This document shows, piece after piece, positions 29,288 through 38,764 of a DNA stretch of 64,000 bases. This DNA comes from a virus. The position numbers and the translations under genes were made by a program. Under the pieces are notes generated by a model. The model made no database searches. It saw only the letters and a program-made list of their open reading frames with translations, and had not been told where the DNA came from. Each line of letters starts with the position of its first letter. The stretch's first letter is position 1. The stretch is taken from IMG/VR virus record IMGVR_UViG_3300032251_000002, positions 33,609 through 97,608 of that record, one strand, 5' to 3'.

Positions 29288-29539
29288 CTAACTAGTACTA
29301 CTAATAAACTTCACTTTATCTTTAGGAAGTTTTTGTATGCTGTCAAAGAAACCACTTCTAGCTCTATGAGTATATGCAAAGAATTGACCTTTATCAGTTT
29401 TACCTATTGAACATTGAATAGTTCCAAACCTCTCTTTTATCTCATCTCTTTCAGCAAGTGTTAATGATACTTTATTTATTTTACCTTCAGATAAAAACAA
29501 TGAATTTTCTTTTAAAAACATCTGTTTTTCATTAAGCAT
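29288..29539 (-). CDS. Small putative internal head protein with N-terminal propeptide
   Basis: MLNEKQMFLKENSLFLSE leader; late promoter 29564-29575. Confidence 0.6.
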   Translation of the reverse strand: MLNEKQMFLKENSLFLSEGKINKVSLTLAERDEIKERFGTIQCSIGKTDKGQFFAYTHRARSGFFDSIQKLPKDKVKFISSTS

Positions 29540-29598
29540 ATGAATCCTCCTTTATTGATTAAATAATGTATTGTTATAAAGCGTAATTATAAATCCAT

Positions 29599-29622
29599 CA
29601 AACATATATTATAATAATGAAC
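29599..29622 (+). promoter_or_regulatory. Early-type promoter facing a non-coding region
   Basis: CAAACATATATTATAATAATGAAC. Confidence 0.6.
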
Positions 29623-29827
29623 TTACTAATCCTAATTATATAATATTCTAAAGTAATGAAAGAAACCACAACCCTTTTGTTATGTTTAGTTAGCATTAGT
29701 AAGATTACCCCTATAGAGGTTTGATATAAAATGAAATGCTATTAAGCCCAGCATTGAAAGTTGTGTCTTACCTTTATTTAGATTTGAAACCATCCTAACC
29801 TTCTCAGTTAGGATGGTTCTTTTTTTT
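29618..29827 (+). ncRNA. Putative structured ncRNA 1 (~200 nt)
   Basis: Early promoter, long stem 29622-29645/29678-29703 with G-U pairs, hairpin with ATTAAGCCC loop, U-tract terminator 29788-29827; no convincing ORF. Confidence 0.5.
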
Positions 29828-30972
29828 TAGTAATTACTAAACAACGCTTCTAAGTCAATGTCTTCAGACTTAACTTCAGAATCATCATTACCACCAAAAA
29901 TAGATGGTTTAGTTTTCTTAACTTCTTTACGTTCTTCTTTAAACCAATCAATATTGACATCTTCATCATTAAATAAAGAAATCTTCTCTCTCTTCTTAAA
30001 CTTACCCTTAGCAGACTCAACACTATCCATAACTAATTTAAGTCTATCTTCTGGGAAACTTAAACCTGTAAGAATAGATACAATATAATTCTTATTGTCA
30101 TCTGCAGAATAATATCCTTCAAATGTTTCAATTGGTTGACCAATATTTTTATGGAAAATATCATAATCGATAAACTTAGTTGCTTCTTCTTGAAGTTCGA
30201 AGATATATCCACTTCTTTTAATTACTTTATCATACTGTAAAGAAGCAAATATACTTGAATTCCAAGATGAGTCTAATGCTTCTGCAATAGTTTCTGAATC
30301 ATTAATTTGATTCATAACAGTTACAGTTATTGACATACAGCCTGGAGTAAACATTAATTTAGATAAATCTTTACTATCCATATTACCATACTTACTTGAT
30401 TTTCTCTCTCTGTTATAAACAACATCTAATGATGCAATTACATGACTATTAACACCATTGTATAAATCAGCCTTAGACATTTTTGATTTATGTTCTTTGA
30501 ATTTCTCATTGTCTACAATTAGTGTAGGCACATCAATTGATGATAATTCTTCAAGACATTCATAAGTATTAAATTGAGCTACAGGAGTCTCACTTAATGC
30601 TGGAATTACTGCAATAGCTGCAAACTTCTTGTCTGGAATCATTTTAGTAAGCATGTCAATAATAATTGGAGACATACCTGACCCTGTTCCACCACCTGAA
30701 GAGAATGTAATGTAAATTATATCACAATCGTAAAACTTTGTTTTAACAAACTGAATGATGCTCTTGTAATGTGATTTAACTTCAGACTTACCAATAGCTC
30801 TGTCTTTACCACAACCACCTTGTTCACCTAATAATAACTTATTCTTAACTAAACTAATTGAATCTAAATCTTCTTGACTTGTATTCATTATTGCAGTAGT
30901 GTAACCTTTCTTGTCACCTAACTCAGCAATATTCGAACCACAAGCACCAATACCAAATATACCTACTTTCAT
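29827..30972 (-). CDS. Tubulin/FtsZ-family GTPase (TubZ/PhuZ-like)
   Basis: GIGACGSNI, GGCGKDR, signature SGGGTGSG, GNMDSKD (T7 loop), acidic C-terminal tail. Confidence 0.92.
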   Translation of the reverse strand: MKVGIFGIGACGSNIAELGDKKGYTTAIMNTSQEDLDSISLVKNKLLLGEQGGCGKDRAIGKSEVKSHYKSIIQFVKTKFYDCDIIYITFSSGGGTGSGMSPIIIDMLTKMIPDKKFAAIAVIPALSETPVAQFNTYECLEELSSIDVPTLIVDNEKFKEHKSKMSKADLYNGVNSHVIASLDVVYNRERKSSKYGNMDSKDLSKLMFTPGCMSITVTVMNQINDSETIAEALDSSWNSSIFASLQYDKVIKRSGYIFELQEEATKFIDYDIFHKNIGQPIETFEGYYSADDNKNYIVSILTGLSFPEDRLKLVMDSVESAKGKFKKREKISLFNDEDVNIDWFKEERKEVKKTKPSIFGGNDDSEVKSEDIDLEALFSNY

Positions 30973-30986
30973 TACTACTTCCTCCT

Positions 30987-31454
30987 TTATACTATTCCTT
31001 TTAATATTCCTTCTCTCATCTTAATTAAACGGCTACAATATTCATCTTGAGTTAATACAGTTTTCTTTGGATTAGTGCCACCAATAGTATGTACTATCTC
31101 ATGACCGACTGTATCAAGTAATGCATTTCTAACTCTTTCATTCTGAATTAACATTTCATAAAATGCTTGATTAAGTAAGTCTTGATATTCCTTTGAATCT
31201 CTTTGGTAAGCCTTACCTTTCCACCATAACTCTTGTTTTCTCCACCACTCAACACTTCTGCCAGCAGTTTTAGCCTTAGCACCGTTTAAAGAACATATAT
31301 GTCTTTGCATATTTTCATCTTCAAATTTAAGTGATTGAATGAATCCTTCCATACTTCCACAGTCAATACCGTCTATAGTAAAGAAATTTTTGTGTAAATT
31401 AGATAATAACTTGTATGGGTACTCTATAGTTATATTAATATCAAGAATACTCAT
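30987..31454 (-). CDS. NADAR-superfamily protein (T4 gp30.3-like)
   Basis: LSNL...F.IDG..CGSMEGFIQSLKF, AK..GR, LLDT...H, TVLT..EY. Confidence 0.7.
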   Translation of the reverse strand: MSILDINITIEYPYKLLSNLHKNFFTIDGIDCGSMEGFIQSLKFEDENMQRHICSLNGAKAKTAGRSVEWWRKQELWWKGKAYQRDSKEYQDLLNQAFYEMLIQNERVRNALLDTVGHEIVHTIGGTNPKKTVLTQDEYCSRLIKMREGILKGIV

Positions 31455-31977
31455 TTAATAATTCCTCTACAATCTTTCTAGTATTTTCATGCATTTGCAT
31501 TTTATCCTTATTACTTTCATACCATGATTTAGTATCATCATCTTTACCATTTATAGCACGTCCAGCACCTAACCAATCAGCAACCATTTCTTTTACGTAT
31601 TTATAAGGTATTTCCATAAGTGTAGTACCACCAGAATCATGACGTAAAATCCAATATTGCCAGTGATGTTTATTTTTATGTTGATGACCCAACCATGAAT
31701 AATTCATTCTTCCTTCAACAACACTTTCTCTATGACTATCAATTGCATGTTTGATGTTGATACTTGATTCTTGTCCTGCTATGTATTTATCATCTGGTAT
31801 TTTATCTCCATAAAAATAATTAGCATAACTACTAAATTCTTCACTTCTAAATTTACTTATATCATGCAATAAACCTCTAAGTGGTATACCCATTTTACAA
31901 CACTCTACAAATACAAACCATTTATGTCGTAATACATAACTTAAGTACTTCTTAAAAACTGTTTTAGTCATTCTCAT
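31441..31977 (-). CDS. DUF5662-like HD-fold protein
   Basis: RHKWFV, HDISKF, HQHKNKHHWQYW, EMVADW. Confidence 0.75.
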   Translation of the reverse strand: MRMTKTVFKKYLSYVLRHKWFVFVECCKMGIPLRGLLHDISKFRSEEFSSYANYFYGDKIPDDKYIAGQESSINIKHAIDSHRESVVEGRMNYSWLGHQHKNKHHWQYWILRHDSGGTTLMEIPYKYVKEMVADWLGAGRAINGKDDDTKSWYESNKDKMQMHENTRKIVEELLNEYS

Positions 31978-31978
31978 A

Positions 31979-32281
31979 TTACACCAACCCTGCTATAGAT
32001 TCTTTATATAAATCTAGGAATCTTCTTCCATCCTTAGTTATATAAAACTTATTCTGTCTCTTATCTCTATTTCTATTTAATAGTCCAGCAATTTCAAGTC
32101 TTCCAGCACAGGCATTAAATATAAATGGAGTAATCTTAACATCTGCCATTATCTTAATGTTATCTATAGCAGCTAATTTATTAAAAGTCTTATGTTTATA
32201 TAATACATTTAATATAAGAATTTCTTCTGTTTTCAATCGGTCCAATAATTCCATTAAACATTCATCACACATTTTCTTCAT
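31979..32281 (-). CDS. Winged-helix DNA-binding protein (possible TubR-like adaptor)
   Basis: RLEIAGLLNR...KFYITKDGRRFL wing motif; first gene of tubulin operon. Confidence 0.65.
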   Translation of the reverse strand: MKKMCDECLMELLDRLKTEEILILNVLYKHKTFNKLAAIDNIKIMADVKITPFIFNACAGRLEIAGLLNRNRDKRQNKFYITKDGRRFLDLYKESIAGLV

Positions 32282-32358
32282 CTCCTTTTTATTTTTAAGT
32301 GGTTACAATTTTATGTTAGCAATTTATATTTTTATATAAAACGTAAATAAAAATTCTT

Positions 32359-32382
32359 CAAGCATATATTATAATAGTGATA
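32359..32382 (+). promoter_or_regulatory. Early-type promoter
   Basis: CAAGCATATATTATAATAGTGATA. Confidence 0.6.
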
Positions 32383-32658
32383 CAAGACAAAGAGAGAAAG
32401 GAAGTGGCTTTATGCTACATCGCTCAATTTTATGTTTCGTTATCATTTTTAGGTTATTTGTTCCTAACATTATTTAGTTAGGTATAATTATTAATATGAA
32501 TTCTTCTTAGGTAGAAATTTAGTTTAAATTAATTATTATTATCAAATGACCTACTTTGAATGATGTTAGGAACAAGTAACTTAGTTATACTAAATTAGTT
32601 TAGTTAAACCAATCAAAAAAAAAATAGAGAGAATTAAGCCCTCCCTCTATTTTTTTTT
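32378..32658 (+). ncRNA. Putative structured RNA 2 (~280 nt), possibly encoding a 21-aa hydrophobic peptide
   Basis: Early promoter; ~30-bp stem 32451-32483/32549-32582 with G-U pairs; terminator with ATTAAGCCC loop; sORF 32412-32477. Confidence 0.5.
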
Positions 32659-32661
32659 GTA

Positions 32662-34041
32662 CTAGGACTTATTTGTTAACATAAGTTCCATATTCAAAGT
32701 TCTCAGTTTAACATACTCATCTGGCACATCCCCCAACATGTCAATATTAAATATGTTATCTGTAACGTTAAAATCATATCTCTTTCTTACCTTAGCATAA
32801 CTTTTTATAAATGTACTATAAGTTTTAGAGTTACATTTATTAGCAGCTTTAAATAGACTTTTAACTAAATCATCTCTGTAATGTTTATCAGTCATCTGGA
32901 ACATAGAATGTTTTGATACTTTACTCTTAATTCTTCTATTTAATCCTAATGTCATAACTTGGTCAAAATTCTTATTAAATGTACTACTAACAAACTCATC
33001 CATTACACCTTCATTAACAATTATACTGTATTCTTTTGGATGCAATCTATCTAAATAGAATAAGAAATTAGTCCATCTAGATGTTATCTCATCAACATAT
33101 CCTGACTTAAGTATAAAAGAATCTACATATAAATCTCTACCATTAGTACTTAATCTTTTATAGATGTCTTTATTGACAAATATTTTCTTACATAATCTTT
33201 TAACCATTTCATCATCATAAGTGCAATTTGAAATGTATCCTCTTATACCAACTTCAGATGTTATTTTTTTAACTAAATACACATCAAAGTCTATTTTACT
33301 TTTAACTTCTTTTAAGAAATATGCCATGAATTTCTGTGGTATATTATCTAAAATCTTTTCCCGAAAGTCGGGTCTATTTCTAAATAACCTTACAGCATCA
33401 TTAAAATACCCTTTAGAATCAAACCTTTTTAAACATGATAATATTATATCTTGACAACCTGGTAAGTCTATAAGAAGTCTATAGTTATATAGTAAATCAT
33501 AAACTCCATCTTTATTTTTTAACATTAAATTTCTAAAATGTTCAGGGTCTTCTTCAAATACTTCAACTATACATTGAGATATATTTATATCATATAAGTT
33601 TATATCTATTTGGTCTCTTAAATCAGGTCTAAAAGCATATAGATATTGATATGCAGTTTCTCCTAAAAACTCTCTATCAGACTCAGTTATTTCATCTTCT
33701 ACAAAATTAGCATAAGCTAATGAATCAAAATATGTTGCCATAGTAATTTCTCTAAATTTTCTATATGAATGAATATCATCAATTTCAAAGAATATCCTTG
33801 GATAATCTTGTCTAGTTGAAATATGGTAATAATATACATACATATCCTCTTCAAAATCAAGAGCTTTACCAACTACAGTATTTAACATATGAGTACTATA
33901 TGTGCATATATAAGCATCATCTATATTTCCAGGAAGAACACTACTTCTACTTTTTTTAGTAGTTAAATTTTCCTTTAGCAATGGTACACTTGATAGTATA
34001 ATATTATTATATTCCTTTATTTCTATAATACGTTTAAACAT
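32662..34041 (-). CDS. Helical hypothetical protein with shared C-terminal helix
   Basis: 459 aa; ends LRTLNMELMLT; early promoter upstream. Confidence 0.7.
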   Translation of the reverse strand: MFKRIIEIKEYNNIILSSVPLLKENLTTKKSRSSVLPGNIDDAYICTYSTHMLNTVVGKALDFEEDMYVYYYHISTRQDYPRIFFEIDDIHSYRKFREITMATYFDSLAYANFVEDEITESDREFLGETAYQYLYAFRPDLRDQIDINLYDINISQCIVEVFEEDPEHFRNLMLKNKDGVYDLLYNYRLLIDLPGCQDIILSCLKRFDSKGYFNDAVRLFRNRPDFREKILDNIPQKFMAYFLKEVKSKIDFDVYLVKKITSEVGIRGYISNCTYDDEMVKRLCKKIFVNKDIYKRLSTNGRDLYVDSFILKSGYVDEITSRWTNFLFYLDRLHPKEYSIIVNEGVMDEFVSSTFNKNFDQVMTLGLNRRIKSKVSKHSMFQMTDKHYRDDLVKSLFKAANKCNSKTYSTFIKSYAKVRKRYDFNVTDNIFNIDMLGDVPDEYVKLRTLNMELMLTNKS

Positions 34042-34067
34042 CTTAAACTCTCCTTTATTTTTATTAA

Positions 34068-34103
34068 TATCAAAGAAATAATATATGTTTAAACATATTA
34101 TTA
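34068..34103. promoter_or_regulatory. Back-to-back early (-) and late (+) promoters
   Basis: TAAACATATATTATTTCTTTGATA (-) abutting AACA-TATTAT-TA (+, 34092-34103). Confidence 0.65.
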
Positions 34104-34118
34104 AAAAGGAGGTATTCT

Positions 34119-35291
34119 ATGGCAAACAAATATAATACGTTTGTATTTAAAGAAGAACAATATCCAATTGTTAATCAACACTTAGCACAGAAGAAAAATA
34201 GTGATAAGTTTCAAAGATATATCAAATCTTATGTAGATAAGAATAGTGAAGTTCTATTTGAGAACTCTCCTATACACCGTTTATATTTTAAAGATAATGA
34301 CTTTAAAATTGTTTATGATGTAACTGGTTTAGAGTCTAAAGATATAGAAAGTCTTGTAAAGAAGAACAAACTAACTGAATCATCTTGGAGATTATTTAAT
34401 AATCCTTTCAATTGGGCAATGATGGTAGTATTGTCTTATTACCATAAAAAGAAAATGAAAAAAGAATTTGAAGCTTCTTTAATGTATCTAACATTATCGT
34501 TATATGCCTCATTACATTTTAAGTATTTTAAGTATGTCCCTAATGAGAACATTATGAGATATACTATAAATAATCTTAGTGGTAAATACTACATTAAGAA
34601 ATATGGTATTTTATTCAAAGCTTTATTTGAAACAGCAATGAACTCTCATGAAACTTATTCTAAATATTTAGATGAGATGTCTGATAGACAACTTATTGAG
34701 TACATCATGAACCTTAGAACTAGACTAAATAGTTTTGTTCAAAACGTTGCTAAAGAATACTATAAAAATAGTGAAGAAGGTAATTACATTAACTTTGAAG
34801 CTGACAGTAGTGATGAAGACAATTATTTTGAAACCGATAATATATCATTTTTGATTGATAGATTATCTTCTACAGTTATGAATGATGTCTTAACTAATGG
34901 TATAAACTTAAAGATAGCTAATCTTTCTGCAGAAATGTGTGGAGTAAGTAGAACAGCCATTAGAGTAGCATTAGATAATATTCTTGAAAAAGAGAATGAA
35001 AGAATCAAAGAACTAATAGTTCTTATATTGCAACAGTATTTAGTTGAAGAAGGTAATAGTGCTGATATTATTGGTACTAAGTATTTCATTAATGATTGCT
35101 TAAAATTATATTCTAAAAGTAATACTGTTGATGAGAATGTATTAAGAATTAAAGAAATTCTTGATGAATGGTTAACTGAGAACAGTGATAAATATATTAA
35201 AACTGAACGTGTTGCTACTAAGTCTAGCTTTAGAAGAGCTATATTTATGTACTTTGTATTCTGCATTCAACAAACATATACTAATCACTAA
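34119..35291 (+). CDS. Late helical protein (candidate virion RNAP accessory subunit)
   Basis: 390 aa, mostly helical, acidic EADSSDED loop; late promoter; function unproven. Confidence 0.5.
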   Translation: MANKYNTFVFKEEQYPIVNQHLAQKKNSDKFQRYIKSYVDKNSEVLFENSPIHRLYFKDNDFKIVYDVTGLESKDIESLVKKNKLTESSWRLFNNPFNWAMMVVLSYYHKKKMKKEFEASLMYLTLSLYASLHFKYFKYVPNENIMRYTINNLSGKYYIKKYGILFKALFETAMNSHETYSKYLDEMSDRQLIEYIMNLRTRLNSFVQNVAKEYYKNSEEGNYINFEADSSDEDNYFETDNISFLIDRLSSTVMNDVLTNGINLKIANLSAEMCGVSRTAIRVALDNILEKENERIKELIVLILQQYLVEEGNSADIIGTKYFINDCLKLYSKSNTVDENVLRIKEILDEWLTENSDKYIKTERVATKSSFRRAIFMYFVFCIQQTYTNH

Positions 35292-35315
35292 TATTAAAAA
35301 GAAAGGAAAAATAAA

Positions 35316-35858
35316 ATGTTTTTAAATGAAAATCAAGTATTGATGAATAGTAATTCATTAATGTTATCTGAAGCTAGTAGAAGTATGACTGAACTTAACT
35401 TTATTCAAAAGTTAATTGGTAATGCTAAAACTGAAGATGACTTAAAGAAAATAAGTAAAAGTAAAATCTTTAAGAAGAAACATAAAGATTTTAAAATTAG
35501 TGACATATATGCATTTGGTCAAAGTAGAGGTTTAACTGCTAACCAGATAGATGGTAAAGTTGAAGAAGTTAAAGCTGAAATAGAACCTCACGTTCAATTA
35601 GCTGGTATTGCTATTGGTTTCTTTATGCCATTCTTATTACTTTTAGCTGTATTCTTACTTCTAAAAATCTTGGATGAGAAGAAATTTATGGAATATGTTA
35701 GAGTTGGTATGGAATTCCAAGGTACAGTTTTAATAATTGTTGGATTCCTAGCTATTCTATTATCACCAATGTATTATTATGCTGCTGGTTATGTAATGAC
35801 TATTGGTGTTATTGATATTATTATGGGTGTACTTTGGATATCACTTTCTAAAACCTAA
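35316..35858 (+). CDS. Putative virion membrane protein with N-terminal propeptide
   Basis: MFLNENQVLMNSNSLMLSE leader; three C-terminal hydrophobic segments. Confidence 0.6.
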   Translation: MFLNENQVLMNSNSLMLSEASRSMTELNFIQKLIGNAKTEDDLKKISKSKIFKKKHKDFKISDIYAFGQSRGLTANQIDGKVEEVKAEIEPHVQLAGIAIGFFMPFLLLLAVFLLLKILDEKKFMEYVRVGMEFQGTVLIIVGFLAILLSPMYYYAAGYVMTIGVIDIIMGVLWISLSKT

Positions 35859-35865
35859 AAAAAAT

Positions 35866-35895
35866 AAAGCTAAGAGATTAATTTCTCTTAGCTTT
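35866..35895. terminator. Bidirectional terminator
   Basis: AAAGCTAAGAGA-TTAATT-TCTCTTAGCTTT between convergent genes. Confidence 0.75.
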
Positions 35896-35917
35896 TTCTT
35901 TCTTGGAACATAGAAAA

Positions 35918-37309
35918 TTATCTTCTAGAAGAGTTTTTGAAATTTAATTCTTTAACTTGACCATAAGGTTTTTCTTTAACTGATAAGTCTGATGCTTTAG
36001 TAGTTAATACCCATAATAATTTATATCCTTTTGGAGCTGGGTCAAGTATACGTTCACCACCACCATCTGTAAAGTAAATTGCAATATCAGTTTTAGGAAG
36101 GTTTTCATTGATATATTCAATAGCTGGACTAAATGCAGTACCACCTCTTCCCTTAACATTAAGTTTAATATCTTTCTCACTTTTAGCAGTGTAAACTCTA
36201 ACTACATCCATATCACAGTCAATGATATGTAATTGGAATTTAACATGACGAATAATTCCAAATATTTCACGGAAAATCCATTTTATTTCTTCATCACTAA
36301 CAGAACCAGAGGTATCTATTATAACTGTAATAATTACAGTTCTATCAGAAATACGACCTCTAATATCATATCTATTAGGTTGTCTTCTATCTCTACGTAA
36401 GATAGTTTTTCTATAAGGAATCTTAACACTTCCTAAGTAAAGTTTAAGAACTTTTTGCCAAGAGATTACTGGCTTTTCATTAAGTTTCTTTATAAGTGAT
36501 TCTATATGTCCTGGAACTTTACCACGAGATTTTTCAGCAGCTTCATTAGCGATATCTCTAACCATATCTTTCATGTCATCAATATTACCAACCTTGTCAG
36601 ACTCTCTCCAAACATCATGATTGTTAGTTGGTCCACTACTTAATTCATCACCCATTTCACCACTAGATTGACCATCATCTCCACTATCACTATTACCTTT
36701 AATACTACCTGAATCACTTTTATGATTGTTGTTACCTCTCATTTTGTTCAAGTTATTTTGAGCTTTAGGATTCTTGTGACATGCGTTGTTAATCAAGTCT
36801 ATATAGTACTCAGATTCTCTCTTAGCTTCAACGCTATTTATAAAGAAATCTTTCTCTAATGAATCTAAAGTTATGAATCCACTTCCAGTTTTTCCTAATG
36901 TTGGTAGATATTGATTTATTGACGCATCCATACCTATGTTACATGTAGTTCTATCATACTTAGTTACATACATTTTCTCTCTTAGTAAATGTAAATTAAG
37001 AATATGAAGACATTCATGTCTTAGAATATCTTTACTAATTTGTACTGAATACACTATGAAACGTGGCATGTTTAACCATAAATCAAAGTAAGTTCTATTC
37101 ATAGATACTCCAGCAGGTGCAGGAAATCTTAAATCATATCTTCTATTTAGTAATATTATTACATTTGCATAGAATGGGTCTTCCTTAAGTAAAGAGAATA
37201 TCAATAACTCAATATACTCTTTAAAGTTTTTATGTGCTTTCTTTATTTCACCAGCTTCTATCATTTTAATAATATTTTCTCTCATTTGGTGAATATTATC
37301 TTTAGCCAT
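35918..37309 (-). CDS. Metallopeptidase-like + VWA domain protein (DUF2201-type)
   Basis: HECLH, NIGMDASIN; MIDAS DTSGS; GRGGTAF; YFTDG. Confidence 0.88.
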   Translation of the reverse strand: MAKDNIHQMRENIIKMIEAGEIKKAHKNFKEYIELLIFSLLKEDPFYANVIILLNRRYDLRFPAPAGVSMNRTYFDLWLNMPRFIVYSVQISKDILRHECLHILNLHLLREKMYVTKYDRTTCNIGMDASINQYLPTLGKTGSGFITLDSLEKDFFINSVEAKRESEYYIDLINNACHKNPKAQNNLNKMRGNNNHKSDSGSIKGNSDSGDDGQSSGEMGDELSSGPTNNHDVWRESDKVGNIDDMKDMVRDIANEAAEKSRGKVPGHIESLIKKLNEKPVISWQKVLKLYLGSVKIPYRKTILRRDRRQPNRYDIRGRISDRTVIITVIIDTSGSVSDEEIKWIFREIFGIIRHVKFQLHIIDCDMDVVRVYTAKSEKDIKLNVKGRGGTAFSPAIEYINENLPKTDIAIYFTDGGGERILDPAPKGYKLLWVLTTKASDLSVKEKPYGQVKELNFKNSSRR

Positions 37310-37319
37310 TTAATTCCTC

Positions 37320-38261
37320 CTATAATTCTACATCTATTGTCATTAGTACGTCAAACATTTCTTTTTTAAGTCTTTTATCTCCATGCTCTGAAACTGAACC
37401 TTCTAGATTAAATGTTTCTCTAATATCTTTAGATGAAACTAATGTTTTCAGTATCCTTCTAAGTTTAGACATTGGCATGGTATTCCAACATTGAACTAAG
37501 TTGTCCGAAATTAAAATACGAGTTTCTTTTTTAATATAATAATTTACATGTTTTATTACATCATCTTTTAATAATATTTTATTTACAAATATGGAAGTAC
37601 ATACTATATCTAATAGTAAATCAAAACAAATATTGTCAGCAACTTCCATACCCCATAATTCTATAGAACCCTCCACAAAATCAATAACAGTTACAAATAG
37701 TTCAGTTAATTCAGATATTGCAGTGTTTGAATTTTTAGAACCATCACTTCCTGTTAAACTTGTTAATCTTGATTTATATTGTATAGTGTAGCTTTTAAGT
37801 ATCTCAAAGTAATTACAATTTGGTACAGCCTTATATGTAACTGGTACTAGATTAACTCTAAACATATTATGATATCTTCCAATTAACATTCGGTCTATAG
37901 AACCTCTTAAGTGTGATTCAAAAGAATAATGACTATCTTTACTCTTTAAATAAGTATTTTTAAGAGTATTCTTTATGAATGAATAGTAATAATTTAATAC
38001 TTTTTTATTAGTTACAATTTGCTCTAATTTACCACTTATACTCCACTCACGTTCAGCTCGTTGCATATAACCTGTGTTCAATCTTGAATCAAGAAAATGT
38101 GTTAGTTCGTTACTCTTAAGTAATTCTTCAATCTCATCATCACTAAAAGTGCATACCAATCCTAAAACTCTTATTATAAATTCATCTTTATCAAAGTTAT
38201 TATCTTTAAATATAACATCTATATTTTGTATCATTGCTACAGCGTTCATTATTAACACCAC
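37320..38261 (-). CDS. Helical hypothetical protein with shared C-terminal helix
   Basis: Ends LKKEMFDVLMT; lies between MoxR and VWA genes. Confidence 0.65.
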   Translation of the reverse strand: MVLIMNAVAMIQNIDVIFKDNNFDKDEFIIRVLGLVCTFSDDEIEELLKSNELTHFLDSRLNTGYMQRAEREWSISGKLEQIVTNKKVLNYYYSFIKNTLKNTYLKSKDSHYSFESHLRGSIDRMLIGRYHNMFRVNLVPVTYKAVPNCNYFEILKSYTIQYKSRLTSLTGSDGSKNSNTAISELTELFVTVIDFVEGSIELWGMEVADNICFDLLLDIVCTSIFVNKILLKDDVIKHVNYYIKKETRILISDNLVQCWNTMPMSKLRRILKTLVSSKDIRETFNLEGSVSEHGDKRLKKEMFDVLMTIDVEL

Positions 38262-38266
38262 CTTTC

Positions 38267-38761
38267 TTATTGTAGCATTTTCTCTAAATAAGATAATCTT
38301 ATATTTGGAAAGTTTTCATTATCCGTAAAATCATCAAAATTAAAGAAGTTGTTAAAAGCTTCAACTTGTCTAGAATAATAATTACTAGTATATTCTGAAT
38401 TATCATTTATGAAATCTCTAACTCTAAAATATTTTTTCAGTATAGAATTTCTAGAGATAGCTTTCATATTTTCTAATGAAGTTGCAAAACATAAAGCAAA
38501 GTCTTCTTTTAAAATATCTGATAAAGCATTAAAAGATTCCATTAATTCTTTATTTGGAGTAAAGAATGCTTGAGCTTGGGTTTTAGTTCTAATTTTTTCA
38601 ATAACGTTAAATAACAAATCTTCATCTACAATGAACTGACATTCTTCTTCATTTAATAAACTTAATAACTTAAAAATTGCCATCAATGTATATTGTAATG
38701 GTTGACCTTTTAAATCATCTTCAATATAAAGTACTCTGGGAAGTAATTCTTTAATATCCAT
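38267..38761 (-). CDS. Helical hypothetical protein with shared C-terminal helix
   Basis: Ends IRLSYLEKMLQ; N-terminus loosely resembles 37320 protein. Confidence 0.65.
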   Translation of the reverse strand: MDIKELLPRVLYIEDDLKGQPLQYTLMAIFKLLSLLNEEECQFIVDEDLLFNVIEKIRTKTQAQAFFTPNKELMESFNALSDILKEDFALCFATSLENMKAISRNSILKKYFRVRDFINDNSEYTSNYYSRQVEAFNNFFNFDDFTDNENFPNIRLSYLEKMLQ

Positions 38762-38764
38762 TAT

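Noticed and set aside
32282-32360. tubC-like centromere iterons
   Set aside because: Only one 12-bp repeat pair, better explained as late promoters
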